This document shows, in pieces, positions 46,561-59,751 of a DNA stretch of 64,000 nt. This stretch comes from Ginglymostoma cirratum. Taxonomy: Eukaryota. The DNA is taken from the NCBI GenBank assembly GCA_024137785.1, contig JAHRHZ010000016.1:32829962-32893961 (forward strand), read 5' to 3'. The notes beneath the pieces were generated by a model that made no database searches, was not told the origin of the DNA, and worked only from the letters and a program-made list of their open reading frames with translations. The position numbers and the translations under genes are program-made. How positions within the stretch are numbered: position 1 is the stretch's first letter; each line of letters starts with the position of its first letter.

Positions 46561-47954
46561 GACTAAGAGAATGGAAATCTGAAACTTTCTCCCTCAAAAG
46601 GGAATGGATGATAGCTAAATGAAGGTTTTCAATCTCAATATCTATAGAGTTTTATTAAGTAAGGTTTTCAAGGGATTTGGATCAAAGGCTTCGAATGGTG
46701 CTACAATACAGATCAGCCATGAACAACTTGAAAGGTGGGGCAGGCTCAAGGGGCTTAATGACATATTTCTGTTTATAGCTTCTCCGATGGTCATATGAAC
46801 TCATCGGAATTGTGTTAGAGATTCTTTCCCTTCCTTTTCTATATCACACAATCTGCACTGGTAGGATCCGGTGGAAAAAAATCAAACCTGATTTTATATG
46901 AGTTGATAGCTCCTTCACCACTTCAATTTATTTGCCACGTGAATCTCCGCACATTAAGCACTTATCTAATCTGTACTGTAAGAGAACAAATCTCCAACAC
47001 ATAACTCATTGGAACCCTAGAATTAAAGATTCATTGATGACATAGGTCATTCCTTAGAGTTTGCCTGCATTCCATGCTTTTCTTTCTCTATTCTGCCAGA
47101 TCAGGATGAAGCATCCAAGAGGAAATTAGGTAATTTTAATATAATAACAGATACCAAGTTGTGAATCATGGACCGGAATCTAACTGAGGAGTTGGAATGG
47201 TTTCTATGTGAGTGATGGATACTCAGATGGGAGTTACAGGCTGCAAACTCATCACAGAGTTTGTCCAGGCTACATATGACATAACGGACTTGGAGCTGTA
47301 AAACACAAGCTGGAATTTAATCCAAAAGTTCGGATGGTTCACATATAAAGGGGAAAGGTTCTATTTGCATACTCCCAATGCAGAGCATCACCCACAAAGA
47401 ATGCACATAGGGAAAACATGCAACCCAGCTTTTCTAAATATTAATTTTAATGCATGGAAAATAATGCACTGTGTACATGTGATTTCGTGACATGCACATC
47501 CAGCAGGCATAACTCTATGCTTCAAGCGAGCAAGCGGAAAATTTATTCTACACAATAATGGATAACTGAAAATTATCAGAGGGATGAAGGACCCGTTCAT
47601 ACATTGTCTGTCATTTCCAGAATACTTTCTCTTACAAGGACATCTACCAGAAATACAAAATTGGCACAGTCTGTAAACAAACTGCTCTTAACAGTCTGTC
47701 TCTTAATTTGAAGTATTAGCATTTCAAAAGGACTTAGCATCATTCAATTATTTCACTCATTTCACTCTTGTTCCATAGTTTATCTAGATCCGCTCCAGTT
47801 CACATCAGTCCTCCAGTTCTGCTGCTTGCCTACTGTGATATTCAGCATTGCATGGATGAGTGCAGACAACAAACAATGGCCAGGGTAATATGTCAGCAGC
47901 AGAGTCTCAGATTTAAATTTCAAAATAACTGCACAAAAACTAAATCTGAACAGT

Positions 47955-48580
47955 TTTACATTCATTTATGGGATTTGAACATTGCTGGAAAGGCTAGAAT
48001 TTATTTTCCATCACTAATTACCATTTAGAATGTGGCAGGAAGCCATTTTCTTGAACCATTGAAGCTCTGTGGGTCTCAGGGAGGCAGTTCCAGAATACCT
48101 TACCCAGCGATATTGTTCCAAATCAGAATTTGGTATAACCTGGTGGAGAAATTGTAGTTGGAGACATTCCAGTGTGTTTACTGTCCTTGGTGATAGGGGT
48201 CATGGTTTTGAACAGAGTTGTCAAGAGAATTTAGGTGAATTTCATCATCCATTTTGTATATGGTATACACTGCTGCCACTGTATGATATAGGTCAAGGGA
48301 GTGAATGTTTAAGATAGGGGTGCCGATCAAGTGGGCTGCTTTGTCCTGTATAAGTATTGAGTTTCTTGAATGTTGTTGCAGCTGCACTCATGCCAGCAAG
48401 TGAAGAATATTCCATTTCACTCCTGACTTGAGTCTTGCAGATGGCTGGCAGGCATTGGAGAATCGGGAGCTGAGCTATTCAATGCAGAACTCCTCGTCTG
48501 TGAGCTGTGATTGTAGCCACAGCATTAGCATGGCTGGATCAGTTAAATTGCTGGTCAATGGTAACCACCAGGATGTTGAA
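47955..48580 (-). mobile_element. CR1-clade LINE 3' fragment (second family)
   Basis: IQDKAAHLIGTP..NIHSL..YHTVAAVYTIYKM; the 3' end resembles the SINE tail at 5050-5110. Confidence 0.7.
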
Positions 48581-49364
48581 TTTGTAACATTAGTGTGCAG
48601 GCAACAACAGTATGCACTGCATGTAAAAGAGAATTACCAGCAGTATTTTAAAAATACAGACAAGCCAAAAGCCACAACAGAAAAGTGCACTGGCGTAAAC
48701 ACGAACTGAAAAGAACAGATGACCAACATGGTATTAAAAGAACATTGACAGCTATCTCCAGTATATGCGTAATACCGAATAAGTGGAAAGGTTTAAAAGT
48801 TGTAATCCAATCAAAGATTTGAACAGTTTAGCCTGATATTCCACGTCAGCACTTTGTCATGCAGTTGGAACATATATCCGGAAAGTTAGGTCACTGAGCT
48901 TCACTCTGGAAGATATCTGAACAGGTTTATTTTGTCCATATTTCTGAGTCAGTAAGCTCAGGTTTAAGTCCAATCTGCTCCAGATATGCATTATAACATG
49001 TCAGAGCAGTTTGGTTAGAAATACCTACAGTACTACTACCTGGTCCTTGAGGACAGTCTCTGGGAATTGACATACCAAGCTGCTGCCGTCATGCCCTTCA
49101 GAGGGATTGTTTTGAGGTTTCCTGCTCCTTTGTGCAATCCATTGGTGGAAACTTCTGGTCTTAGATACATTTCAGGAAACCATATCATTCCCAGGCCCTA
49201 ACTCTACTCTGTCAGAAATGTGCCAACTGGAGGAATCTTGCAGAAGGCGGCCAATTCTAAGACCACCTCTCTGCTTGCTGTCCAGTTCAGTATGACAGAC
49301 ACATTCCCATGGTGGAAGTACAGGATGTTGCAGCTCCCCCCACTGCCACAAGGAGCACTGCTAA

Positions 49365-49473
49365 AATCTACAAAAACAGACGTTGTTGGAAAAGTTCAGC
49401 AGGTCTGGCAGCATCTGTGAAGAAAATAATCAGAGTTAGCATTTTGGGCCCGGTGACCCTTCCTCAGAACTGG
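49365..49473 (-). mobile_element. Penelope-derived family B short element with mutated hammerhead
   Basis: The reverse complement reads AGTT-CTGAGGA-A-GGGTCACCGGGCCC-AAAA-TG-CT-AACT (GAAA mutated). Confidence 0.7.
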
Positions 49474-50639
49474 TAGGAGCTAGACTGACAGATTCAGGGA
49501 GGTTTTGCCAATGCCTTTAACACCCATAGAATACCTGAAAAGATGTCTAAATATGGTGAGTGGAACTATACGATGTCAATATCCCACAGTTCAGTGGCAA
49601 GACTCCAATATGGGTAGATTGCATTTCTGCCATAGAACACCCCCTCAGTACCCTCTATATTAATGACACTGTGCCCTCCCACTGCGAGACTGCCTCCCCT
49701 CATTTGTTTGGGGCCCGTTCTGGCACTGGGCTGTTGGAGGGATATGGTGGAGTGTCTTGTTACAGCATTCATAAGTTCTCATTCTCACTTACATTCTATT
49801 CAACCATTTTAGATTCTATTTGGTTCAAAAATTCCAGATTCTCCATGAGTTAGCCTAAATGTCTGTTTATTCCTGACAGATGCAAAATTCTGGGGAGATG
49901 ATCTGACATACAGCTTTCTAAGTTTACTGTCATACCACCTTCAAATCAAACACCTTAAGCAGTAACTGACATTGTTTCTTGGTTCAAACACCTCTGCCAG
50001 GATCATATGGTCTGAGTGCTGTCCGATATGTCAGCTCACATGACACAAAATAAAATAATTAGATTCTTGTTGAGTCAGATATCTTGAAGTTATTTGACAG
50101 CACTAACTATTTACGTTGCTATAGTATCACAGATTATACCTTATTCCCTTGGTTCTGATGTTCTGATGCTTACTAATGTTACTGTATATTACACAGACAT
50201 AACTGACTAACTGAACACACTACACTGACTCCATTGAACTGATAGTGTGACTGAAGGTGAAGTACATCTTTCTATTAGAATATGACGTGTATCATGGCAT
50301 ATAAATGTGTACACTGCTTCTCTGGTCTGAAATCTCTGCAATAATGCAACATCCCCTTCTTCCTTTTCAAGGATAGGAACCCTTTCCCGATAACGTGTAC
50401 ATGCATACTGACGCAATGTCTCTGCACATTTAAACAACTGGATCTAATACAGTTATCATAACATAACAGTGTAGCCTCACGCTGTGGTATGCAGTCTATC
50501 ATCATGGATGGATATGTATAATTTGTCGGACTTGTATGGTTGTTGGCTGGCATGATACCTTCAGTATCCAAGTCATCAAACTGTGTGACAGGTGATTAGT
50601 CACATGAACTTTGTCTCCGGTTTCTTCATAGGACTTGTC

Positions 50640-51620
50640 CAAGGCTCATTATAACATTTTGACCTAAACATGATGCAATTACATAGTATGTTACCATGAA
50701 CTCATTTGTCCATATAAAATTCTCGAATTATTATGCTTTGTCTTGGAATAATTGTCTTCAAACTCATTGAACATGCTTTTGTGCCATTCTCTCCATCCTT
50801 TCCAACAATGCATCATACGCCTGTAGTTGGGTCTGGAGATTGTGAGAGGCAAGAACTGCATGGATCTGTCTCCCAACATGAGAGATACTGGTGAGGGTGA
50901 ATTGTTGCCTTGAGGAGTAGAATATAGATTCAGCATAATTATCCAAAAGTCTTGACAAGTCATTTTCAATTTAATGATCTTAGGTTGTACTATACAAACA
51001 ATGCATTCTGTAAGATCATTAGGCTGAGAGTAGTAAGGAGAAGAGATAATGTGTTAAACATAACTTCCTTTATGTCTAGGAAGGATGCACTTGTGTACTA
51101 TGGGCCATGTCAGACAATTTGTTTGGGAATTTAAACACACTAACTATGATAATGAATGTACACCAGTGGTATCTCTGATTTGTCTCATATGAAAAAAAGG
51201 GGGAACTAGTTGCCAGAATGTAATTATGTCCTTCGATATGGAAAATAAAAGTCATCGCTCAGAATCAGATGTTTGGAAAGAGAGGTTCTAATGACTATTG
51301 AGGTTCGTGGATAGACTGACTGTTAGTGTTGGACTAATGTGTTTCTCACCTCATGGATCATAATAATATATAGACTCATGCATGTTGGAAGTTTAATGAT
51401 AGAGTCACTTGCTACATCAATGACTTCAAAAGATTTGTGTATTCATCCCAATGATCTGCATTGATATTGGAGATGAATTATGCCAATGAAAGATCTCTTT
51501 AAGCAATTAGCTTATGATGTGTGGAGTGCATCACATTGTGCAAGTTTCCTTGTAAAGCATGCAAAGGAATGATATTTGCACATGGTCCCATACAAATCTT
51601 GACATTTAGTGCATGTTGTC
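50640..51620 (-). mobile_element. Decayed Gypsy integrase region
   Basis: Across frameshifts: IV(SDN)GP.YTS...HIISSPYYSQPN..TE and IIMLNLYSTPQGNNSPSPVSLMLG / GRQIHAVLASH. Confidence 0.6.
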
Positions 51621-51747
51621 CTTGTTTTTGATTCATTCACAGGATGTGGGTTCAGTGGTTAAGTCAGCATTTACTGCCCATCTCTAATTGTCCAGGAATT
51701 AGATAAGGGACAACCACATTGCTGTGGGTGTGTAGTCACATATATGT

Positions 51748-52005
51748 CAGATGGTGGAATTTGAATTCAATAAAAATCTGGAAGTGAGAATCTAATGATG
51801 TCTGTGAATCCATTTTCAATTGTCAGAAAAACCCATCTGGTTCACTAATGTCCTTTAGGAAAGGAAATTACCCAGTCTGGCATATATGTGACTCCAGACC
51901 ACAGCAATGCAGTTGACTCTCAACTGCCCGATGAGTAATTAGGATGGGGAATAAATGCTGGCCTAGCCAGTGTCTCACCTACATCCCATGAATGAATTAA
52001 AAAAA
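51748..52005 (+). mobile_element. 5'-truncated SINE (family of 4768-5122) inserted in an oppositely oriented relative (51628-52100)
   Basis: GGAATTTGAATTCAA...TGGTTCACTAATGTCCTTTAGGAAAGG...AATAAATGCTGGCCTAGCCAG; the flanks carry reverse-complement tail and body. Confidence 0.75.
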
Positions 52006-52353
52006 GGCCTGATCAGGTAAAGATACCAGGTTTCTTCTCTAAAGAACTTTAATGAGCCAGGTAGGTTTTTATGAGCAACTGACAACAGTTTCATTGTTCA
52101 TACGTTAAAGCCTATTGTGATACTAAGAATATACTCAAACTCTGCAGCTGGAGAAGGAGTTAGTTTTCCATTGAGAGAGTTCAATAAAGCCAAAGTGTTA
52201 GTAAGTAGGATGGATAGAAAGTATATCCTGGATCCATTGTACAAAAGGCAATTGTAAAGTGACTTGTGGCAGTCTGGGTAATTAAGAAATCAGCTGTGAA
52301 TAAAGTGGATTCTCTTCCCTTTTGATTTGGCTTGAGTGAAAGTGGCGACCTCA

Positions 52354-52675
52354 TAAGTTCTCTACATTGTGGAAGCAGGCCATTCAGCACATCAAGTCCA
52401 CACTGACCCTCCAATGAGCATTCCACACAGACCCACCCCTCTACCTTATCCTTGCATTTCCCATGGCTAATCCACCTAGCCTACAAATCGATGGACCCAA
52501 TGGGCAATTTAGCATGGCCAATCCACCTAACCTGCACATCTTTGGACTGTAGGGTGAAACCCACACAGACACAGGGAGAATGTGCAAACTCCACACAGTC
52601 ACCTAAAGGTGGAATTGAACCTGGGCCCCTAGCTCTGTGAGAAAGCAGTGCTAATCACTGAGCCACCACATCACC
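52354..52675 (-). mobile_element. HE1 SINE
   Basis: HE1 head, body and tail on the minus strand, inserted in the Gmr1-type element. Confidence 0.9.
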
Positions 52676-53359
52676 TGCATTTATAGACCTGGAAAATCCA
52701 ATTGAAGCTAAAGAAACAGATACAAAAAATTCTGGGTAAATTTCTACCATGTAGTAATCAGAGCAATGGTTAAATAATGTCCATCAGTAGAGGGCACAGT
52801 AATAATGTAGTAAATGTTAGCATAGCTAAAACGCTATTTTGGAATGAGGATAATTCAGAGGAAGTGCTTGGCATTGAGGCTCAGGAAGCAGTTCCAGAGT
52901 TAAATAAGTTAGCGCAGACAGCCCACACTAAAGCTGAAGCTAAAAGGGTTCCAGAGTTCTACTATATTAAGACAAAATTCACCCTTACAATCCTACAAAT
53001 GAAAATGAATGGATCTTCATCAAATAGTGGCACAGCCCAGACATCATAAACATATAGTGTGAGTAGTGCATGAAGCCTCTATAGCAGGAATATGAAAAAT
53101 GCAAGTATCAATAAACAGGCATTTTAACTGGCCAAGACTTCACAAAGACATAATGCTGTTCTATAAAATTTCGTACATGTCAGGCCGTAAGAAAAACTCA
53201 ACATGAATTAAACCAACACTTCTTATACCATACCACATTTAGAAAAAAAAAATTCAGACAAGTCTTAGCAGTTTGTGTACCAAAAGTACCAAAAGTAAAA
53301 ATAGGACACCAATAGACTCTTACAATTATGGACATAACCTACATTATGGATATATATTT

Positions 53360-54370
53360 ACATCAGGCTCCTACTCATCGATTACAGCTCCACCTTCAAC
53401 ATTATAATCCCAACCAAACTAATTTCTAAAATCTGAGACCTCGGCCTCATCTCCACCTTAAACAACTGGATGCTCACCCTACTGACTCACAGACTGCAAT
53501 CAGTGAAGATAGGCAGCAGCACTTCCTCTATGATAATCCTCAACACTGGCACCCACAACAACGCTTACTCAGCCCCCTATTGCACTCCCTGTCCACTCAT
53601 GACTGTGTGGCCAAATTTCATACAAATGCCATCTACAAGTTCATTGATGCCACCACTATTGTAAGTTGCATATTAAATAATGATGAGTCAAAATACAGGA
53701 AGGAGATAGGGTGCTTGGTGTTGTGGTGCAATAATAACAATCTGTCTTTCAATGTCAGCTGAACAAAAGAACTGATCATTGATTTCAGGAAGAAAGGAGG
53801 AGGACATGTCCCTATCTACATCAATGGAGCCGAGGTGGAGAGGGTTGAGAACGTCAAGTTCCAATGAATGATGATAACGAAGAATCTGTCCTGGACCTCC
53901 CACGTAAAAGAAGGCACAACAAATATCTTTTCTTCCTCAGGAGGCTGAGAAAACACAGCAGCATATCCATAAGGACCCTCACCAACTTTTATAGATGTAC
54001 CAAAGAAAGCATTCCATGTGCATCACGGCTTGGTATGGCAACTGCTCTGCCCAGAACCGTGAGAAACGACAGAAAGTTGTGAACACAGCCCAGACCATCA
54101 CAAAAGCCAACATCCCATCTATGGTTTCCATCTATACCCTCTGTTGCCGCAGAAACGTTGCCCACATCATCAAAGACCCCTCCGACCCTGGTACTCTCAT
54201 CTAAACTCTTCCGTCAGGCAGAAGATACGGACATCTGAGCACACATACCAACAGGTTCAAGAACACCTTCTTCTCTGTCCTTGTATGATATGATCTGCCA
54301 GTACTGCTTGCAAAACAAAAGTTTTCACTGCACTCAGGCACTTGTTACAACAATAAATCAAAGCAAATCA
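53360..54370 (+). mobile_element. Rex1/Babar LINE 3' fragment
   Basis: IDYSSTFNII, THDCVAKFHTNAIYKFIDATTI and ITAWYGNCSAQ peptides; tail TTTTCACTG...AATAAATCAAA; homologous to 24677-26515. Confidence 0.9.
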
Positions 54371-55248
54371 ACCTGATTTCCTGAAGCTATTCCTTGAAGT
54401 ATCATTATAGCTAAATTTCTGGTGGAAAAGTTAACACTTTTTACTTGTTATGAGGCATTCAGTTGACGTACAGCTTGATCAGAGTTCTAACTTTATGTCA
54501 GAAGTTTTTGAGGCATTCATTAACAGTTGAAGTCACACTCCATATCATCCACAAATACTGGGAGATTTGAGAGATGCCAATGACTCTCAAAATCATGGTT
54601 AAGGCATGCTGTCATAAATACCCAGAGGATTGGAAAAAAGAACCAGGGATTGTCTAAATAAATCTAAAGGGTTCGGTCCATTTGAATTATGGCCCTGAGG
54701 TTAGAGGTCCATTTAAGTAGATTAGGGAAAACTTTTTGATCCAAAAAGATGAATTCTCAATGGTGGGTAACGTATCCATGCTTCTGGGTGTTGGGATGGG
54801 GGGGGAGGTGCGTGGGGAGCGGGGTGCCTCTCGGGAGCATACACAATAGCAGAAGAGCATTTGAAGTCTTTACAAGTGGAAATGAAAGAATGGGCTGATA
54901 AATATTCCGTTACTAGAATGTTTCAAGTCGGAGATGAAGCAGTTAGTATTTGTTACCTTTTCGAGGTGAACCTCTGAAAATGAAATTCAGTGAGTCATTC
55001 AAAATCATTAAGGATGTTGACAAATTGACTTATCTGGGAAACACTCTTGCTTGTCGGAAGAAGAATTGGTTATGTTACATAAACATGCTGAAACAGTATC
55101 ATCACAGGGAGGAGGATAAGGAGAAATAATTGTGTCAGATCAGGTAAGAATAGTGAAGGATGGCAGAGACAATAAGAGTCAGTGGAAAAAAACGTAAATA
55201 GCATTTCTCCTACAATTTCATTAGTCAATGCAGAAATACTACAACAGT

Positions 55249-55392
55249 TAGACATCATGTTCTCATACTTAGATAAAGGACAATGGGCAGATCTTGTAAA
55301 TCTGCTTGGGAAGTTTAAGGTAGACATCATGTTCTCATATTTAGATAAAGGACAATGGGCGGATCTTGTAAATCTGCTTGGGAAGTTTAAGG
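55249..55392. repeat. Tandem duplication, 2 x 72 bp (in frame)
   Basis: 55249-55320 and 55321-55392 differ at 2 positions, giving DIMFSYLDKGQWADLVNLLGKFKV twice. Confidence 0.95.
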
Positions 55393-56349
55393 TAATCAGT
55401 AAAATATATCTTGGTGTAATACATAGGCTAGTCAATACCGATAAAATAGCATCTCTTCCGGTTAAGCCCAGACAAACAAGTTCAGTTAAAGCTCAAAGAT
55501 TCAATATGTGGTGGAAAATCACTTGAGTTCACCTAGTCAAAGCAACTGGAGTGCACTAATTGTTTTAGTTCCTAAACAAGATTGATCAACTCTGTAGACT
55601 ACAGAAAGCTAAATGCAGTTACGAAAACAAGTTTGTACCCAATGATACAGTTACAAATAAAGACATAAATTATTGACGAAATTCCTGTGCAAACAGAAAT
55701 AAGATTAACATTTGAGTCTGTTACGACTCCTCGTCAGAACTTCTTCAGCTTTGATACATTCAAACTTAAATATTAACACAGTTTCTCTCTTCACGGATAT
55801 TGCTAGGCCTGATGAGCTTTCTTCATTTCTTCTTTTTTTTCAGATTTCCAGCATCTACAGTATTTTGCTTGTATTTAAGTATTTAAGCCAGAGTAAGAAA
55901 ACTTTTGCAATAGGGATTGGTACTGCCTCACTCTTTTCTAAAATTGATCAATTGAATGTGCCATTAATATCAAGGTCTAAGGAGATATCCATATTTGTCA
56001 CGGCATATAGGTTATGCTATTGTTGAGTGATGCTATTTGAGTTAAAGAATGCCTCAGTTATATTCCAAATACTTATGTATCATGTCATAGCTGAGGTCCA
56101 TAACTGTGGAGTTTATCTAGACAATGTCAGAATATATAATGACACATGGGAAGAGCATACAAGTCAAGTAGAAGACCGGTTTAACCAACTTTTTGGCTGC
56201 CTTAGTAATAAATTTAGCAAAAATAAGGTTGTGAAAGCAAGAGTTGCTTATGCATGACATAGTGTAGGACAAGGACTATTTTAGGACAGGATCGAGTATA
56301 ACCAAGGGCTGCAAAAGTGAACTCTCTAATGGTTTTCCAGTATGTTACC

Positions 56350-56560
56350 CCAGTGAGGAATGACAAACATCACTTGTCATGATTTCATGTATCTGTCTGA
56401 CAAGTACAATACCTTTGTTGATCTGGAATCTATGAAATAGCACAACAGTAAGCATCCAGCCATTGTTCCCAGTCCATCCCATGTATTAATGTCTCCAATG
56501 CTTCATTGGAAAACCTAAGAGAGTTCTCTCTTGTCTGTTGCTCCATTTGCTGTGTTTTTG
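56350..56560 (-). mobile_element. Harbinger Myb-like ORF N-terminal remnant
   Basis: MEQQTRENSLRFSNEALETLI resembles the R.PRFS..ELE.L Myb/SANT-like start. Confidence 0.4.
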
Positions 56561-57349
56561 CTTCCTCCAAGCCTTTGACAAACAACTTGCACTCACTTCT
56601 GTGCAATCAGTGCAGTTCCTTTTTAAGAAGGGTCAGCAGTTTTTTTTTAAACAAAATGGTCAGCTAAAACTTGCATGAGCCATGGATAGTGCTGAGCTCT
56701 TCATTCAGTGTGAAGTCAGCTCAATGTATTTTGCACTGGGCTGTATGTTGAAATCATTTAGAAAAGGAAGGAGCACAAAGTCTGCATATTGCCTACCTAA
56801 ACAACTCTGAGTGCTGATGCTCATTTATCACAATCCCCATGACTGAAAACAAGCCCAAACAAACATTACCCCACAAGGACTTCCTCTTCACTCTAGCAAA
56901 ACTCATTATGATATTTTTAGACTTACTTTATACACTGCCTTGGCTTTCTCTCCCTTGTAGATACAGTCCCAATATCTCAGAACATTCTTAATAACAATAA
57001 TTTCTCATCCCTGATGACACCCCAGTGAATCTGAATTTCATTGTTACTGTGGCTTTGATGTCTTTTCTCTAATGAGGTGTCCAAAACCACTCATAGTATT
57101 CTAATTACAGTTTCAACTTGGCTTTGCATGAATTTGACTGAACCATTTCACTTCTCTAGTTAGAAAATGTACTAATCTATCTTATACCTTCATCAAACTA
57201 CATTTTCACTACTAAAGAATTATGTAATAATGTCATAATAATATGTCAAAAGTTGCCTAATGACCTTGATTATAGTGAGTTACATTAAACGGTTGTCTGT
57301 AATAATAGGTGGTATTTAGGAATAATTAACTGTGACAAGAAAGTTGGGT

Positions 57350-57555
57350 ATTAGTTAGCTCAGTTAACTCAGTTGACTGGGTAGTGGTTTTGTTAATGCT
57401 AAATGACACTAATGGTGTGGGTTGAATCCCCATACCAACTGAGCTCATCAAGATCTTGCCTTCTCAACCTCAGGTGTTTTAACTCTTAGGTTAAACTCAC
57501 CACCAGGTACGTGTTTTCCTCTAATGAGGATCTTAGACAGTAGTGACTTTACTTA
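57350..57555 (+). mobile_element. Old tRNA-derived SINE (third family)
   Basis: A-box-like TAGCTCAGTT and B-box-like GGTTGAATCCC, followed by a non-tRNA body. Confidence 0.5.
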
Positions 57556-57609
57556 TAATGATAGAAATTAGAATTTTCCCTCTCTTGACTAAAATGCATT
57601 TTTAATTTA

Positions 57610-58600
57610 AAACAAAAGCCTTATTTATTCATACCATCTATGGATTGCTGGCAGAACCACTCACACCCGATTACCCTGAGAAGACGATGGTCAGTCTCTT
57701 TTGGACTCTTTTGCAGTTCATGATGTTAGAGAGGTCAGTTTCAGGAATTAGAATCTGCAAAATAAAAGGAATGAGGTAAATTTAAAATCAGTGTGGTGAG
57801 TCACTTGGAGGGAAACTTGAAGGTAATAACAATCCCCTATTTGCTGTCTGTTTCCTTCTAGGTTTCAGAGATCCAGTTTGGAGGATACTATTGAAAGAGC
57901 TTTGGTGAGTTATTTTAGTGCACCTTGCAGATGATACGCATTGCAGCCACTGGGAGTCAATGGTGGAGGAAATGAAAATTTAATGAGGTGGCTAGGATGC
58001 AATCAAAAAGGCTGTTTTGTCCTGATGGTGACAAACTTCTTCATTGTCATTGGACTGTACTCCTGACTTAATTGTACATTCTAGATAGTGGGCAGATCAA
58101 GTTAAGACGAAAGTCACTCACTGCGGAATTGCTAATTGTGACCTGGTCCTGTGATATTTGTAGGGCTGCTCATGTTAAGTGTCTTGGCAATGGTATTCTC
58201 AAGGGTGTTGATGTTGAGGATTTTAGCAATGGTAATGGAATTTGATGTCAAGGGGTAATAGTTAGACTCCTTTTGCTGGAGACATTCATTGTTGGCACTT
58301 TTTTGATCCAAACGTTATGAATGAGTTTTCAACCCATTCCAACTTCTGGCATTATGAGTTGCAGAAGGTCATTGGTGGTTTGCTTAAAACATAATCCTGA
58401 GGAATTTCTCTTGTGATGCATGGGGACTGAAATGATTGATCTCCGCCACTCACAACCAACATCCTTTATGCACGATTTTACTTCAAACCATTGAAACATT
58501 TACTCCCATTTCTCATTGGCTTTATTTTTGCTTGGACTGCCCACTGTAATTTAAATGCTACTTTGATCTTCAGGACACTCTCACCTTAGCCATGGTACCC
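57610..58600 (-). mobile_element. Old CR1-clade LINE fragment (second family)
   Basis: Colinear with 47955-48580 and 20840-21155. Confidence 0.6.
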
Positions 58601-59177
58601 AGTTGTAACACACATTCAAAAGCAAAAGCAGTTTGTTGTAATCAGAGATAAGAAATCCCACAAAAAAATGGATCAGATCAAAGCTCTAGAGTCTTGCCAT
58701 ATCCTGACATTATAGTGGTGGGCAATTAAACAACCGGTGGGAGGCCAAGGCTACACAACCATCCCTTTTCACAATTATGACAGCACACAGAGTACAAATA
58801 ACAATGCTAAAGCATTTATAAGATCCTGCAGCAAGGGCGATTAAGTTTTGACCTCATTGGTAGATCCTCAACATCAGAGAAGTCTATCTTCAACCAAATG
58901 TGATATGAAAAAAAGAGTTTGAGCATACTGGATAAAGCAAATTTTAAAGATGCTTTCAATGAGCTACTTGAAGTATCTGTGGATTGATGCTTATGAGTTG
59001 GCACAAAAGAGAAGTTGAGATCTGGTCCAGGTCGGCCACAATCTTGTGGAATTGAGAAGCAGGCTTGATTGGCCAAATAGTTTACTCCTATTCTATGTTC
59101 TCACACTCTTATGATCCACTTTGGGATGTCAGCTTGTGACACTGGTTGACTGTCACAGGCCATCTCTTCTGTTGAGT

Positions 59178-59340
59178 TCAGAAATCACATGACACTAGAT
59201 TACAGTCCAACAGGTTTACTTGAAAACACAAGCTTTCGGAGACTCACTCCTTGTGATTTCAAATAAACCCGTTGGACTATAACCTGGTATCGTGTGATTT
59301 CTGACCTTGTCTACCCCAGTCCAACACTGGCACCTCCACT
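59178..59340. mobile_element. Fold-back Penelope-derived element (family C)
   Basis: Inverted arms 59178-59232 and 59250-59304. The minus strand retains the 3' half of a hammerhead (GGAG..CTCC-GAAA-GC-TT-GTG). Confidence 0.7.
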
Positions 59341-59751
59341 TCTTTTGCGTGATATTTATCTTCTATATTCATTCTTCTTTCAACTATACCAAATCACTAA
59401 GAATCGTTGTGTATTAACCCTTATTATCCACCATCATTCAGTGTATGATCAAAGACATTCTGAGCTCTGTCTGATTAATGCATGAACAGTTCATAGTCAA
59501 TCTTGTATTGGTTATGTAATGCCTGCTCAATTCTTGTTTGTGTCTTTTAAAGCTAATGATCATCTTATTGACATCACTTCCTACTGTTTCTTCATTCATT
59601 CATTGACATAGCCTCATGATATCTTACTCTGTAAAATCATCATTTTCCTTTTGTGATAGTTTGCATCTCATAGCTTATCAACTCCATTGATCCTTACCAA
59701 GATAAAGTAGCACCAATGAACAATTTTATTTTTTTGTTAACAAGTTGTATC

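Larger units (their letters stand above)
52105..56340 (+). mobile_element. Gmr1-type Gypsy LTR retrotransposon pol (order PR-IN-RT), decayed, with nested insertions
   Basis: PR-like KPIVILR...PLYK..L*SDL (52105-52350); EAQEAVPELNKLAQTA...VPEFYYIK (about 52870-52975); IN FPEAIP, DQSSNFMS, PYHPQ, YPEDW, EVRGP, CYINMLKQY (54375-55110); RT SQSNWSALIVLVPK, DYRKLNAVTK, LKNASVIFQ, GVYLDNV (55520-56300). Confidence 0.82.

Noticed and set aside
48720-49200. Possible Gypsy gag remnant on the minus strand
   Set aside because: Only one weak motif (CQFPETVLKDQVV) is visible, too little to annotate.
57350-57445. Possible tRNA gene
   Set aside because: It has A/B-box-like words but no cloverleaf and continues into a SINE body.
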